A stretch of 63,931 nucleotides of DNA, filler included, from Sphacelaria rigidula (taxonomy: Eukaryota): the NCBI GenBank assembly GCA_964200075.2. It is 8 parts of 8 records of this genome, joined end to end, with 100 filler letters (N's around TTAATTAATTAA, not from the genome) between each part and the next. Parts side by side here need not be neighbours in the genome. Positions count along the whole stretch, not along the records: positions 56,029 to 63,931 come from CAXNAA020013035.1; 7 more parts are not named here. One strand, written 5' to 3'. The position numbers and the translations under genes were made by a program. How positions within the stretch are numbered: position 1 is the first letter of the stretch; every line of letters begins with the position of its first letter. The notes under the pieces are model-generated. The model saw only the letters and a program-made list of their open reading frames with translations. It was not told the origin of the DNA and did no database searches. This document shows, piece by piece, positions 62,367 through 63,931 of the stretch.

Positions 62367-63931
62367 ACAAAAATTCGCCCACGGTGATCAAAGCACGGCG
62401 TGCTGAATGTCAAAAACACAACCACCGGGGGAGGTTACGGACGGATGCGCCGATTGTAACGGCAATCAATGACAAGCGAGGTGCGCGCAACATCGTACGG
62501 TAAGGTGGCGGGGTATATCACCCCGGAGTGACGAGCCTTTCAACCGCAAATACCGACGATATAACCCCACCCACCCCCCAACGATTTAATACTCATTTTG
62601 GCCCCTCCGGTAACGTGACCTCAAAAACAAACGTTGTGGGGAAGCGTTACACCCAGGGATTTCCTTGCAGCGAGATACCCAATTTTCCTCGTGCACATCG
62701 AACAACAGGATGACTATACTCACCCCGAAGAAAATTCTACAGCGAGGTGCAGCAGAGGTGCAGAGGTGGCCCTCTCTTCCAGTAAGCGCGCAACGCGTAG
62801 CGCTGCTTCGCCCTCGGTGACTTTCATTTCACGGGCCGTGGGCAGACCCGCTCCGTATGCGCCATTGATGAGATCATCTTCCTGTGGGACCAACGAAATA
62901 GGCGAATGTGAAATGACGCTGCAGTCATCATAGCATACGGTTGGTGAGTGTACACTCTTCCATGACTAGTACATGACTTCAGGTGGGTAATATTTATTTT
63001 CGAAAACAAAATACGCCGCCTCAACCTATATTTGGCTCGTGCAAGACTCGTGAACTGCTTCTCTGATTCGTATGTCTGCATCGAAAGACTGTACACCGTT
63101 ATATCGGACAGATATAAGGTATCATTGCGGCGGGACTCGTGACAGGCATGTAGGCTGTTTGTCGTTACCGGCCACGTGGGACAATTAATGGATTCCAGAC
63201 TGACATGTCACACCTGAACTGGTAACTGCTGTAAGAGCTCCCAACGACCAAGCGGCAGAACGAGTCCATTCGAAATGTTCACACGTCAGACAGATCACGA
63301 TCCGTCTGGAGATTTAGTTCCCCCCAGTTTACCGATCTAGATCATGATCCAGGTCATTTGGCCGCCCTCTTCCATGCTCTCTCCTTACAGCGCCGGATGC
63401 AGATCACGCCGAGTAGCGCAAAGGTTGCGCTTTGGCTTTTCTGCATACGCGGTTACATAATTTGTGTTGATGGACCAACGGATCTGAGAGTCTTCTTTGA
63501 TTAGTTGTCAATTTGATAAAAAAATGATCAGCGCGAGACCAACAGGCGCGACTCAACGCGCATGGAAGTTCGACGTGTTGCACGTGAGCACCGCGTTGTG
63601 AGAGCTCGCTGTTTGCATGATGTGCAACAAGGAAAATAAATGTAAGTCTGCGAGACGACTTTTTGTTTCTTGTAATCGTCATCTCCTAGGGATGCTTTTT
63701 GCTTCTATCAATATTGTTCGTGTGATTGCTGAGCGGCTGTTTCTCGAGCACTCTGGGCCCAAGTTGGACGAGAGATGACACCTACGAGTATATTTCATTC
63801 CTCCAGCGGTGTTTCAGTGAGTCCACCTCACCACCCGAGGGGGGGGGGGGGGGGGGGTTGGGCCCCCCCCCAAAACCCTAAAAGCCAAAAACTTTTTTGT
63901 GTGATGGCCTCGCCCCCCTGGCGCACAGGAA

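Overview
Eukaryotic, intron-rich DNA. Gene style, long TE-filled introns and repeat content suggest a brown alga or other stramenopile (inference). The window is not contiguous. It is eight unrelated contigs of 7905, 7905, 7904, 7904, 7904, 7903, 7903 and 7903 bp (1-7905, 8006-15910, 16011-23914, 24015-31918, 32019-39922, 40023-47925, 48026-55928, 56029-63931). They are sorted by length and joined by 100-bp N44-TTAATTAATTAA-N44 linkers. By splicing exons by hand I recovered five partial genes: a SANBR/KIAA1841-like gene (+), a RINT1/TIP20/MAG2 gene (-), mitochondrial cytochrome c1 (+), a USP9X/24/34-type deubiquitinase (-) and a Sulfotransfer_2-type carbohydrate sulfotransferase (-, with a GC-AG intron). 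There is also a probable kinase first exon and an unidentified spliced gene. The rest is TE debris: LINE fragments, a tRNA-headed SINE, several MITE families, LTR-like pieces, and a Gag-like ORF with a 114-bp array. Two observations stand out. (1) Two non-LTR retroelement families share a 3' tail, appear to insert into poly-C tracts, and sit stacked at one site with a triplicated target duplication (20798-20961). (2) A 299-nt indel-free intronic foldback has a G-U bias matching the host gene strand, making it a miRNA-precursor candidate (50770-51068).
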